A DNA stretch of 61,986 nucleotides, counting the filler. It is 10 parts of 10 records of this genome, joined end to end, with 100 filler letters (N's around TTAATTAATTAA, not from the genome) between each part and the next. Parts side by side here need not be neighbours in the genome. Positions count along the whole stretch, not along the records: positions 44,040 to 48,632 come from SRR7504441_5262; positions 48,733 to 56,458 come from SRR7504441_5266; 8 more parts are not named here. The stretch is one strand, 5' to 3'. Below the pieces are notes generated by a model. It was not told the DNA's origin, did not search any database, and saw nothing but the letters and a program-made list of their open reading frames with translations. Shown piece after piece: positions 44,040-54,764 of this stretch. The translations under genes and the position numbers were made by a program. The first letter of the stretch is position 1. Each line of letters begins with the position of its first letter.

Positions 44040-46045
44040 CTGCTGACCCATCCCACGAGTGGCGGGTGTGGCGGGATCCGCCAGGTGGCCGCCGGGGCTG
44101 CCGGTGGCAAGCTGGCGGTCAGGCCGCAAAGCAGCGGTTCGGGCTAGCCCCGCGGGCGGTGCGCAAAGAGTGGCGGCAGTTTGTGCGGCTGGAGAGCTGC
44201 AGCGCCGACCCTGTCCAAGCGCGCGAGCAGTTCTTGCAGTTCATGGATCAGCGGCACGCCCGCGCCCAGGTGGGCGTCCCGGCCCCCAGCCCCGAGCCCT
44301 AGCCAGGCGCTGGCCACAAACCTTTCCACCTGTAGCGACATGCGCGCCCCGCAGGACTGGTACCCGCCCGCCCGCCCAGCGCCCAGCGGCCAGTCAGGTA
44401 TCCATCGGCCCGGCGACTGGGCAGGAGGCTGATCTTCCACGCTGGGCCGACCAACTCGGGCAAGACTTTCCAGGCGCTCGAGGCGGCCGCCCGGAGCCAG
44501 TCGACGGTCTACTGCGCCCCGCTCCGGCTGCTGGCGGCCGAAGTTTACGAGCGGCTGAGCGACCGTCTGCCGGGCCGGGAGGTCGGGCTGCTGACGGGAG
44601 ACCACCGGTGCGGGCCGGCCAATCCATCGCACCTGGCTTGCACAGTCGAGATGGCCGACCTGGAGCGGGTGAGGGAGGTGGGGGTGCTGGATGAAGTCCA
44701 GCTGCTCGGCGACCCGCACCGCGGCTGGGCCTGGACCCGCGCGCTGCTGGGGCTGCCGGTGCGCGAGCTGCACCTGTGCGGGTCTATCTCGGCGCTGCCC
44801 ATAGTGGAGCAGCTAGCGGAGATGAGCAACGAGCCGCTCGAGCTGCGCGAGTATGAGCGGAAGACGCCTCTGGTGGTGAGCGCAGCCAGCCTGAGGGGCG
44901 ACATCAGCCGGTGCGAACCTGGGGACTGCCTGGTGGCCTTCAGCAGGCGTGAGCTGTTCGGGCTGCGCCATCAGCTCGAGTCTGTGCACAAGCGGAGCGT
45001 GGCGATGGTGTACGGCTCGCTGCCCCCCGAGAACAGGCTGGAGCAGTGCGAGCGGTTCAACTCGGGCCAGGCCGAGGTTCTGGTGGCCTCCGATGCGGTC
45101 GGGATGGGTCTGAACCTCAACATTAAGAGGGTGGTCTTGAGCACGATGCACAAGTTTGATGGCGAGGCGGTCCGGCCCATATCCCCGGCCCACCTGCTCC
45201 AGATCGGCGGCCGGGCCGGGCGTTACCAGTCGGCGCACAGCCAGCAGGGCGAGGTTCTTGATTTAAAGATCTACCGCGCCCCTCCTAATTATTACGATTT
45301 ATCATTTGTGCAACCCCAGCCAGGCTGAGCCGATTGCTTATTGGCGGCAGGTGCTGGCCTTGCATGCTCGCGACAGCCGGCCGCTCCAGCGGGCCTGGGA
45401 GTTGGGCCCGGAGCCTGTGGTCTCCGGCGGGCTCCTCCCAAGTTGGGAGCAGCTAGAACTGTTTGGCCGATCGGCCGAGCAGCTTGCCGGGCCGATGAGC
45501 CTGGCCCAGCTGCTGCTCACATTTGAAAAGTGCTGCTCGCGCTATTAATAGTCGATCCCAGGGCAGGTACGCCAGGCTGGATGACTCGTACTTCATGGCC
45601 GACACTGAGGAGCAGCGCGCTGTGGCCGAGGTCGCGGCCGGGCCAGCTCCGAGCCCGAGCGGCGGGCCAGATGCTCGCTCATATTCAGCTCGATAAGAGC
45701 GAGGCTTTCACCTTCAGCATCGCCCCTTCCGACCTCAAGGACCCGACTGTGGCCAAGGAGCTGGTCCGGCCGCCGGCCGTCAAGTCTGACCCCGAGCAGG
45801 TGCGATTCGCAAGGGGGCACGCGGCTGGCGAGCCGGTGTCGCTGCCGGGCCAGCCAATGGGCCAGCTAGCGCTCAAGGAGCTTGAGACGCTGCACAAGGT
45901 GTTCTCATTGTGGCTCTGGCTTAGTTATAGGTTTCCGATGACGTTCGTGGAGCAGCAAGTGTGCCAAGAGGCACAGGCGCACTGCCGCGAACTGATCACT
46001 CTCAAACTAGAGGAGCAGTCGCGGCTGCCTAGATGGATGCGCTAG
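44040..46045 (+). CDS. SUV3: mitochondrial ATP-dependent RNA helicase SUV3; spliced, 5' truncated
   Basis: HAGPTNSGKT, YCAPLRLLA, CTVEM, DEVQ, RGWAWTRALLG, YGSLPPE, DAVGMGLNLNI, QIGGRAGR, WLSYRFP. Confidence 0.93.
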
Positions 46046-46230
46046 GGTACAACGGTCTCTTAAATACGAGTACTTGCATGTAACTTCCATATAACTATCT
46101 CCTCATGGAGGGCTAACCTTTTGAACTTTATTTACAAGCGGGGTGCCGAACTGCTGGATTCGGTTCACAATCCCCGTTGATGGTCTTTAGCATTCTCAAG
46201 GCGCTACTTCGATTAAATTATCCTTGGGCA

Positions 46231-48632
46231 CTATTGGGCACTTTCTTTGAGTATTTTCCTCTTACTATTTGCACGCCAAACGCCACCCCGCCCCGACGAT
46301 TTGCGAAGAAGCCCAGATCCTAGAATCTCGTTGAATGCCTCGTCATCCACCACGACAGCCACAATATGCCGGCCGCAATCTGAACCACACACCAGCTCAA
46401 TGAGCGGCCAAGGGGTTAGCAGCACCTTTAGCGTACGTAAGCTGCCCCTCGCACCAAGACGACCACAGAAACTCACGAGTTATCAAAAGTAAACAAATCT
46501 GGGCCTCTTCACAATGGTTGAACCAATCTGGGTCTCCGACTTCAAAGACCATGGTAGCTATGGCTTCAGGCTGGTGGTCATAGATCTCGCCCTCGAGCCG
46601 AATCGCTGCATCCATGTTGTCATGCACAAATATGAGCGTCAGAACTTCCTCAAGCTCAGTTGCCCGCTCCAACATCATAGACATTCTTGACATTCGATCG
46701 CTCGTAGATACATCCAAACTTTCTGGTGGAGCTGGCCAGCTGGGCGGTGTGATTGGTTCGTCAAACCATGCTGTTGGACGAGCATGGGGCACAAGCTTCG
46801 CTGACTTTGAGCACAGCGCGGTCATCAACTCCTTCATATTGTTACTTGCACATGAGTCGCCATAAAATGGCCTGTTGTCGCTGGGCACCTTAACCACCTC
46901 CCCCGAACCGATCACCGACGCATACTTGGGCAAGCGTTGGAGCATGAGCCCGTTTCGACTCCGATTGGACAAGTTGTGGAGCTCAATGGCCTCTTGGAGG
47001 GCTGTGAGAGCGAACGGGTCTTTGTCAAAGTCTTGATTTGGAGGGACGCGGTTATGCCTGTTTAGAACCGAGCGCAAGAAGGGCAGCCACGGATAGCCCG
47101 TCAGGGGCCGTGCGTTCATAGCGTCTTTATATGCCTCATAGTGGCACAACACGGGTACAATTGCCATGTCCCGCCGACATGCCCACAACAAGCCATTCGA
47201 GCAAGATTTGGAAAACAAGAATTTGTCGGTAAGGATTGGAATGATGACTTCGGCATCTGACCACGAATCCTTGACATCCTGGCCATAGCATGATGGTATT
47301 CTGTTTTGATTCAGGGCAGTGGAGACTTGCATCGCAAACTGTTCGTCCTCAGAAGCACACAAGAGCACCGCCTGCAAACGCCTGTCCTGCCCCAGAAAAG
47401 GAATCATCTGTACCAGCAGCTCGACAAGGCAATCAAAGAAATTGTCGGATTCACACGAGGTGTGACGCTGGAGCGCAACGGCACAACTTGGCACAATCTG
47501 TGTGAAGTAGAGCTTATACGTCGCTGTCCTAGCCTGCGACTGCGCGTCCTGTTTGGCCGTGGCTGCTGCCCAGCCACTGGCGTCAACCAAGTAGCCGAGT
47601 GCTGGTAACCCAACGCTCTCAGCACGGCAGGCCTCCTCGTAACAAGCCGATGAAGCCATGTAATTGGATGAAAGTACGGGCAAAAAAATCTTGGCAGACT
47701 CTAACCGGTCAAAATAATAGGACCTGCAGGCAACAATCGTCAGAGCCAAGGGCAATTGGAGTGCATCAACCTCCAATCGAAACCGGACGGAACTTCCGTG
47801 CCGTCAGCTGTGCTGATCCCTAACACATTCAAAGCCTGTCGCAGCCGCTTCATCTGGGATACTTGGGTGCTCTGGTAGCTAATAATCACGTCGAGGTAAG
47901 CGTCAGGCGCCGGCAGCTCTGGTAATTCAATCTCGTGCTCCCAGAAAAGTGGGTGGGCTAGTACTTCATCGATGCTCTGGAACCGAGCCTCGGGGTCGCC
48001 CTGCAGGCAGCAACACAGCAGATCCACCGCCGCCAGCCTTCGGGCTACTGAGCAGCCCGGGAGCACCTGGCTGAGCTGCGAGGCTGACGGCTGCTGCCAT
48101 GTAGCCAGTAGCATTCTCTGTTCGTTCGAGGCCATCCGTCCCTCGACAAGCGAGTGCTGGAAAAGCGGCAGCCCGGTGAAGAGCGAGTACAAAATGACCC
48201 CAAACCCCCACACGTCAACCGTCGGCGAGCCTACGATGGTGGGCAGCTCGGATCTTGCTGGGCTGGTTGAGCAACGGAACACTTGCACTTGGTTGAGCAA
48301 CGGCATCACCTGCCCATGGGCTCGTCGGCAGTTTGGCCAGCAGTTAGTGCACCTCTCGCATGTATTCGGGCGGCATGTATGCTTCGGTGTATTTCCCGGG
48401 TCGGAGTTTATTTCCCGTGGGCACCGCCGCGTCTAGATCAATCAGCTGCAACCGCCCGTCGATCGAAACCACGTTGAAGGGCTTCAAGTCGCCTGGGCCG
48501 GAGCATTCATATTATGCCAGGCTCGCCGCGCACCGTGCACAATGCCGTTCTGGTGCAAGTGATGGACAGCCCTGGCAATCTCGAGTGCGGACTGCCGGAT
48601 CCTCCGCAGGTCCTTGCCCGCAAAGTCCTGCT
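46231..48632 (-). CDS. Ser/Thr kinase fused to three TIR-like domains; spliced, 5' truncated
   Basis: Spliced VHGDLKPFN, IDLDAA, YMPPE, DVWGFGV; then VIISYQ..FLPVLSSNYMASSACYEE, IIPILTDKFLFSKSC and LLLITREFLWSSWC TIR_2-type motifs. Confidence 0.8.
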
Positions 48633-49030
48633 NNNNNNNNNNNNNNNNNNNNNNNNNNNNNNNNNNNNNNNNNNNNTTAATTAATTAANNNNNNNNNNNN
48701 NNNNNNNNNNNNNNNNNNNNNNNNNNNNNNNNGCGATCCGTCCTCCGAGGGACGGGCAGGCGGTGCGCAAAGAACTGCGATCGGCTCAGGGCCGTCGCAA
48801 AGTGCCGTAGTGGCCGGCGTGTACGCCAGTCCAAGAGCGCCCACCCCCTCAGGAGGGGCAGGCTGGGGAGCGGCCACAGCGGCGGTCAGGCCGTCTGGGG
48901 CAGCGCAAGTCGCGGGGAAGGACCATGTAGTTGCAAATCGTTGCAAATGTAAATGACTCGGTCTGCGCATATGGGGCAGAAAAGCAAATTTGATCAGAAA
49001 CGTACTACTGTATTCCATATTGCACCCCTA

Positions 49031-49841
49031 TCTAATCCGTATTGTCACCCACGAAGCGCCGGTCCGAAAGTAATGCCAAATACTCATTCAATCCGTCATC
49101 AACTGGCACACACCGACGGCAGGTCGCAGCCGCTTCTCGGCCCAGACCGGCGCGGGCCGAGAGCACAGCCTACTGGGACCGGTTGGACGGCAGTGAGCCT
49201 TCTTTCCAGTTTGGATTTCCGTTCTTCGCAGCCATCGGGCCTTTCTTAAAACCCCGGTCCTCGCAGACCAGCCCGCAGCTGACCGGCGGGTGCCCGCACG
49301 GCAGGTCCTTTTGGGCTGGATACCGCGTGTATGTACCGCCGTTCATGCATTTACAAAAACCACTCCAGTTGCTGTCCACCCGCTGCACGCACCCGGTAGG
49401 CGCGTCCCTAAACGGCGGCTCGGACCCAACGCGGCACCCGCGCGTGGTCTGCCAGCCCAGGCACTGCGGGGCTTGGGCGCACTGGTCGATGCACCGGAAC
49501 GGCCTGTGCCCGCACTTTGCGTGGGCAGCCGTGTGGTTGAGGCACTGGCAGTAACCTGATCGGCCCCGTGCGATTCGGGTGCGGCAGCCGGCCTGATTGG
49601 TGGGCTCCAACGGACCGTCGGGCTGGCAGTTTGTGGTTTGCCGCCACATCTTGCACTTGCCAGCACCCCACTCGCCCAGGTCTACCGATTTGCCCGATCG
49701 ATGCCGCCAGTTGCTCTTATCTGTGAGCAAGATCCACGCGCGGGAGGCCACCAGCGAGGCGGCGTGCAGCATTCCGCATATCGCGAGCACCAGCCCGAAG
49801 GTTACCAACACTCGCTGCACCCGCGACATCCTCAGCGGCAT
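49031..49841 (-). CDS. membrane-anchored Cys-rich repeat protein (CxxWRQT..GP.EP..SGYCxC repeats); 3' end approximate
   Basis: N-terminal TM and two Cys-rich repeats (CKMWRQTTNC..SGYCQC..CGH, CLGWQTTRGC..SGFCKC..CGH). Confidence 0.65.
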
Positions 49842-49918
49842 TCAACCGAAGACCAGGCGCTCCGCATTGCTTTGTGAGCGAGCCGAGTCAAGTCTTCTAT
49901 AACGGCACGATCCCACCC

Positions 49919-50677
49919 ATGGAGAGCCAACCCTGCGAGGGTCTCACCCTCCCTGACGGCTCGCAGGCGCCGGCCGAGCGCAGCAAAGAGGCGGAGGAGG
50001 CGGAGGAGATGCAGCGGATGCTTCTGGAGCTGCGACGGATGACGGAGATGCTCGAGGCCGCCGTGGACCTCATCCCAGCCGAGGCGCCACCGGACGCGCT
50101 TCCGGCAGCTTTGAAGCAGGCCGCAGCCCGCCGACGGCGCGCGGACGTCCGACGGGCCGCGCTCCGGCAGCAGCTTAGGCGGATGACCGTCGAGGAGCAG
50201 ACCCAGTGCGGGGCCCCCCGACCGAGCTGAGCCGGTGCGGGCAGGTACGCCATCGAGAGGAATGCCGGTGGGAACGGTGAGCTGTGCAAGGCCGTGGAGC
50301 TTCAGCTGCTGGACGCTGAGCTATCTCAGCTTAGCCCCGAGGAGCAGCAGCTGGCAGACATGAGCAAGCCGGTCGATCTGAGTTATGTGCCTCCCTCGGC
50401 CGAGCCCGGGGAGGCAGCGCCGCCGGAGCTGGACAGCCACAGGCGGGCAGGGGAACAGGCCGAGCGATCGGCTCACGAGTTGGCCCGCGGGAGGACGGCT
50501 GAGGAGCGCGGCAGGGCGCAGCGGGGGGATGGCCGGGGTGAGTGCGACCAGGGAGAGGGCGATGGCAAGTGGTGGGAGGAACTACCCTGCAGCTGGAAAG
50601 GGGACAGTGAGCCTCTGTGGAAAGTGTTCGTCCCGAGTGAGGACCGCAGCCCTCGGTTCAGTGAGGACCGCGGATGA
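49919..50677 (+). CDS. hypothetical protein, one probable intron
   Basis: Two ORF segments joinable by a GT-AG intron near 50206-50243; helical E/R/A-rich composition. Confidence 0.45.
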
Positions 50678-50788
50678 CGATCATTGAATGGCTGATCCCT
50701 TCACCATGCGGCAGTAATACAGTACGTACTGTACTTGTACGTGTACACATACTAGCAATAAACAATCACGCTTGTAGAGAATAAACAA

Positions 50789-51214
50789 CTACGGGGCGGA
50801 CTGCTCTTCCAACCGAGCCGCAAACAGGCCATGGGTCCCCTCCGACCCGTTTTGCCAAGTCCCCTTGAGCACAGGCTGGCCGTCAGCGTCGGCTGTGAGT
50901 GAGCCTTTATACCCCACGCGCAGCTCGGTCGGCACTTTGGAGGCGTCATATTGCTTATCGAACTGGACATCGCCGGTGTCAGGGTCCCACTGGCCGGCCA
51001 GGTGGAAGAACAGCACCGGAGAGCCAGGGATATCTCCAGCGTCATCGAAATACCCGCCTCCGAACAGGCTGACGGCGTCGCCCTCGACCAGGGACAAAGA
51101 CCACTTGATCGGGTTGGTCGCCACCTCGGCCTCGAATGCCGGATCGGGCACCGCCTCACCGAGCCACATGCCGCTCAGGTGGCGGCGCCTTGGCGGTGCC
51201 GGTGCGGCCTCCAT
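50789..51214 (-). CDS. hypothetical small beta-rich protein
   Basis: LSGMWLG..FHLAGQW..VQFDKQY..VGYKG..LKGTW strand pattern; intronless. Confidence 0.55.
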   Translation of the reverse strand: MEAAPAPPRRRHLSGMWLGEAVPDPAFEAEVATNPIKWSLSLVEGDAVSLFGGGYFDDAGDIPGSPVLFFHLAGQWDPDTGDVQFDKQYDASKVPTELRVGYKGSLTADADGQPVLKGTWQNGSEGTHGLFAARLEEQSAP

Positions 51215-51245
51215 ACCACCGGTGCGTCTAACGGCAACAACCTGA

Positions 51246-54200
51246 ATGGCGAGTATGCAGAGAGCCAGGCTCGTTGCGCTGCTGGCCCTGCTCGGGGTGG
51301 GCAGCGGCAGCCGGGAGCTCGAGGAGTCCAACCTACAGCTGTACCCGTGCTCGAGCGATATGCGCATCGCCCCCCACCAGCGCTTTGTGCAGGCACCAGG
51401 CGGGACTATCACGCTGGCGGGCGGAGTCGTGGCCGCCCAGAGGCCTCAGCCGGTCAATGCGACCACTTGTCCGGGAGAGAGCAGCTGCATCAACCTGGTG
51501 GTGTCGGCAGACAGCGCCAGGGCCCTCAGATTCGTCCGCGATCCGAGCCACACCAACAGCACTTTCCGGCTGCGGACTTCGATCAACCACCTTCCGCTCT
51601 GCATGACAGCCGACTGGGCTCTCTCACACGGCTATCTGCCAAACGTCTTTCTGGGCCCCTGTGAATCCGCCGACACCTGGCTCCAGCCTGCCGCAGGCGG
51701 CCTGGCCGGCAGCCGGACCGGGGGTGTGCGCGGGCTGCAGTGCCTGGACGTCTCCAGCGGCGGCTCGTCGATCGGTCATTTCTCCTTACCGCTAATGCCT
51801 GCGCGCGCGGCATTCAACAGTTCTGAGTTTGCTAGCTGGGGCGGGAGCGTGCTGCCAGACGACCGTGGCCAGTATCACATGTTTGCTGCTGTATTTGCGA
51901 ACGGCGACGGCTTGAAATCGTGGACGACCACTTCAGAGATAATGCACGCGACGGCCGACACACCAGAGGGTCCATTCACCGCTCAAGAGATTGTGGCCGA
52001 GCCGTTTGCACACAACCCACAAGTGGCGCGGGCCAATGATGGCACCTATCTGCTCTTTATGATAGGAGGGCACAAGATGATGTCGGCAGTCTCACTCAAC
52101 GGCCCATGGACTCCAGTGGAGGGTTTCTCACAGGTCTCGTGTAACAACCCCGCCCCCGTGATTGTCCCAGGCTCTGATGTGATGTACTGCGTTTGCCACG
52201 GGGGACCATGGCCTAATCACTGGGGTATCAGTGTCGAGATGCTGCAAGCACCGTCCTGGAGAGGCCCATGGACTACATGGCGCCGCAATCAGTCAGACCC
52301 GACCATTGACCTCTACGATGGAGGAACCGCGTTATTTGCACACCCAGTCGAAGACCCCACCGTCTGGGTGGGTTCGGACGGTAGATGGCACCTACTGTGT
52401 CACGCTTTCCGCATGGGTATGGTCAACAGCTCAGGCCGCTCACGAAATGCATACGGTGGCTACGCCTGGGCTCCAGGACCACACGGGCCGTGGCACTTTC
52501 AAGAAAATCTACTCGCATATGTTGGAGAGATAGAATTCGAGGATGGCAGTAGCTGGGAGGCCAGTCGGAGGGAACGTCCAAAGGTGCTCCTAGATCCGAG
52601 CACGCGCATGCCAAGCCACTTGTACACGGGAGTTTGCCCTCCAGATTCGAGCTTTGGTGGTGTGCATCGACCGGGCCACTGTTTTACGCTGGTGCAAAGG
52701 GTGGACACGTCTAGCGCTAGCGCGCCTTGGGACTCAAGCGCACCTGCACCTGTGCCACCAGTGATCTACTGTGGCGTTTGTGAGAACGGCGGGAAGCCAC
52801 CACTCTCTGATACTGCCTTGACCCTGCAATGCATGCAGGATGGTGCCACTATCAGCGCTATTAATTTTGTATCATATGGCAACCCCAAGTCAGTCGACAA
52901 TGTTTGTGGGACATGGTCAGTCGGGACATGCAACGCTGCCAATAGTAGCAGTGTGGTGAAGACAGCCTGCCTTGGTCAGCCCTCATGCACCGTGTATCCG
53001 AACACTACATCATTTGGGGACCCCTGTTTCGGCACAGCTAAGAAATTGGTGGTGGAGCTGCAGTGCTCTGCTGGTTCCGGAGTGGGCAAATGCCGCATCC
53101 CGCCACCTCCTCCGCCCCCTCCTGCACCTCCGTCTACAGCAGCAGTGACCGTCGACTGGGGCAAGACACAAAACACTGTCAGCACTCACGCCTCGCTTCA
53201 AGTGGTGTCGCATCGCTATCTGGAGCGTGGGTCGCCGATTCACAATGCCTCGTTCTCCCTACTCCGAGATCTTCAGCCACAGTATGCCCGGTATGTTCCT
53301 TGGTTCACACACGAACTCGCTTTCTCCGGTTGTGAGCCAACGGCACCGACTGGTATCGGCACAGCTGATTGCACATCTTCATGGAACTGCACGCTCGCAG
53401 ACGAAATGATGGCAGATTTCTGGGAGGCTGTGGATGGAGATCATTCGCAAGCAATCCCAAACTTCAGCACTCAGCCCTCCTGGTTGTACAAGGGTGGCAG
53501 TGCGGACTTGCAAGCGCTGGGCGACTATTACGGGCGGCTGCTTGCCTGGTACACGCGTGGCGGAGTGAAAGACGAATGTGGATTGTACCACCACAGTGGC
53601 CATGCCTACAACATCACCATCTGGGAGGTCTTCAATGAGCCTATCGCCGAGCATTCTCACACAATGGAGTCGTATACTGCTGAATTTGATGCTGTCGTAA
53701 AAGGGATTCGTAAATGGGCCGACCCTGAACACCGCATCAAGTTTGTGGGGTTGAATCTAGCAAACATACGACCAGCAGCCCAAGTGCAGCAGTGGGTCCG
53801 ATACTTTCTTACTCCATCAAACCACGCAGAAGAATGCCGAGATGCACTGGATTACATCGCATATCACTCCTACCCGACGAATTCTGAATCAGTCTCTTCA
53901 GACCCGACAACGCTCACGCATTTCTTTGATTACTACGATGCATTTGTCAGTGAAGTGAAAGATACAGCTGCACTTTCCCACTCCCTCTCCCCGAGCACAG
54001 GCACCGTCCTCGACGAGTGTGGCACGTTGCGTGTCCCTCCTTTCGACGATCCCTCCGACCCTACTAAGTCGGGGGGGCTCTACTGGGTTGCGAGTGGAGC
54101 AGGATTCGCTTATCTCTACCTGCGGATAGCGGCCCTCGAGCTAACACGGGGCGTCGCAGTAGTCGGGATGTCGCAGCTAATGGATGATGTGACGCGTGAG

Positions 54201-54542
54201 CCTGGTGTCACGATGATTGACTGGACAAATGGCAAGGGCACAGCAAGATATTGGGTATTGCGGTTGATTCGAGAGGCAGTGGCCCCTGGGGACAAGTTTT
54301 TAACGACAACCGCGACTGCAGGCATTCACGCGCAGGGAGTGATCGGTCTGGATGGGGCCAAGAGGGTTGTGGTTGTGAACAAGCAGTACACGAATGCTAC
54401 TGTGGCTATTCAAGCGGGAAGCGAGGGAGAGTGTTACGCTCTAGTTGTTGACACAACGAGTGGGGAAGGGGCTCCAAGAAAGGTGAATGCAAATGACCAA
54501 TTTAAGCTCGGCCCTTATGCGTCAGCTATTGTTTACCTATAG
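51246..54542 (+). CDS. secreted multimodular glycosidase: ricin-like + GH43-like propeller + SUEL/Gal-lectin + Pro linker + GH39-like domain
   Basis: Signal peptide; SWGGSV, HNPQV, NNPAP, EDPTVW, RERPKV (propeller); FVSYGNP..CLGQPSC..FGDPCFGTAKKL (SUEL); WEVFNEP and LDECG (clan GH-A catalytic Glu); intronless 1098 aa. Confidence 0.85.
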   Translation: MASMQRARLVALLALLGVGSGSRELEESNLQLYPCSSDMRIAPHQRFVQAPGGTITLAGGVVAAQRPQPVNATTCPGESSCINLVVSADSARALRFVRDPSHTNSTFRLRTSINHLPLCMTADWALSHGYLPNVFLGPCESADTWLQPAAGGLAGSRTGGVRGLQCLDVSSGGSSIGHFSLPLMPARAAFNSSEFASWGGSVLPDDRGQYHMFAAVFANGDGLKSWTTTSEIMHATADTPEGPFTAQEIVAEPFAHNPQVARANDGTYLLFMIGGHKMMSAVSLNGPWTPVEGFSQVSCNNPAPVIVPGSDVMYCVCHGGPWPNHWGISVEMLQAPSWRGPWTTWRRNQSDPTIDLYDGGTALFAHPVEDPTVWVGSDGRWHLLCHAFRMGMVNSSGRSRNAYGGYAWAPGPHGPWHFQENLLAYVGEIEFEDGSSWEASRRERPKVLLDPSTRMPSHLYTGVCPPDSSFGGVHRPGHCFTLVQRVDTSSASAPWDSSAPAPVPPVIYCGVCENGGKPPLSDTALTLQCMQDGATISAINFVSYGNPKSVDNVCGTWSVGTCNAANSSSVVKTACLGQPSCTVYPNTTSFGDPCFGTAKKLVVELQCSAGSGVGKCRIPPPPPPPPAPPSTAAVTVDWGKTQNTVSTHASLQVVSHRYLERGSPIHNASFSLLRDLQPQYARYVPWFTHELAFSGCEPTAPTGIGTADCTSSWNCTLADEMMADFWEAVDGDHSQAIPNFSTQPSWLYKGGSADLQALGDYYGRLLAWYTRGGVKDECGLYHHSGHAYNITIWEVFNEPIAEHSHTMESYTAEFDAVVKGIRKWADPEHRIKFVGLNLANIRPAAQVQQWVRYFLTPSNHAEECRDALDYIAYHSYPTNSESVSSDPTTLTHFFDYYDAFVSEVKDTAALSHSLSPSTGTVLDECGTLRVPPFDDPSDPTKSGGLYWVASGAGFAYLYLRIAALELTRGVAVVGMSQLMDDVTREPGVTMIDWTNGKGTARYWVLRLIREAVAPGDKFLTTTATAGIHAQGVIGLDGAKRVVVVNKQYTNATVAIQAGSEGECYALVVDTTSGEGAPRKVNANDQFKLGPYASAIVYL

Positions 54543-54764
54543 CTATAGTGTACAATCATGTACATACCGTAACGAATATAGCAAGCCCAGGGGATGTGCG
54601 AATTGTTACAAGTCGGTACAATCATATGCATGTATTTCCCTCTGTTTGAAGCAATACTCTTCTAAAGACATTCCAATCTTACATGTACAAGTACGTAGTA
54701 ACTAGTGCACGCGTGAATCGGCGTGATCATGAGCATGAGCCACGGTGAACTCGCCTGGGCCGGT

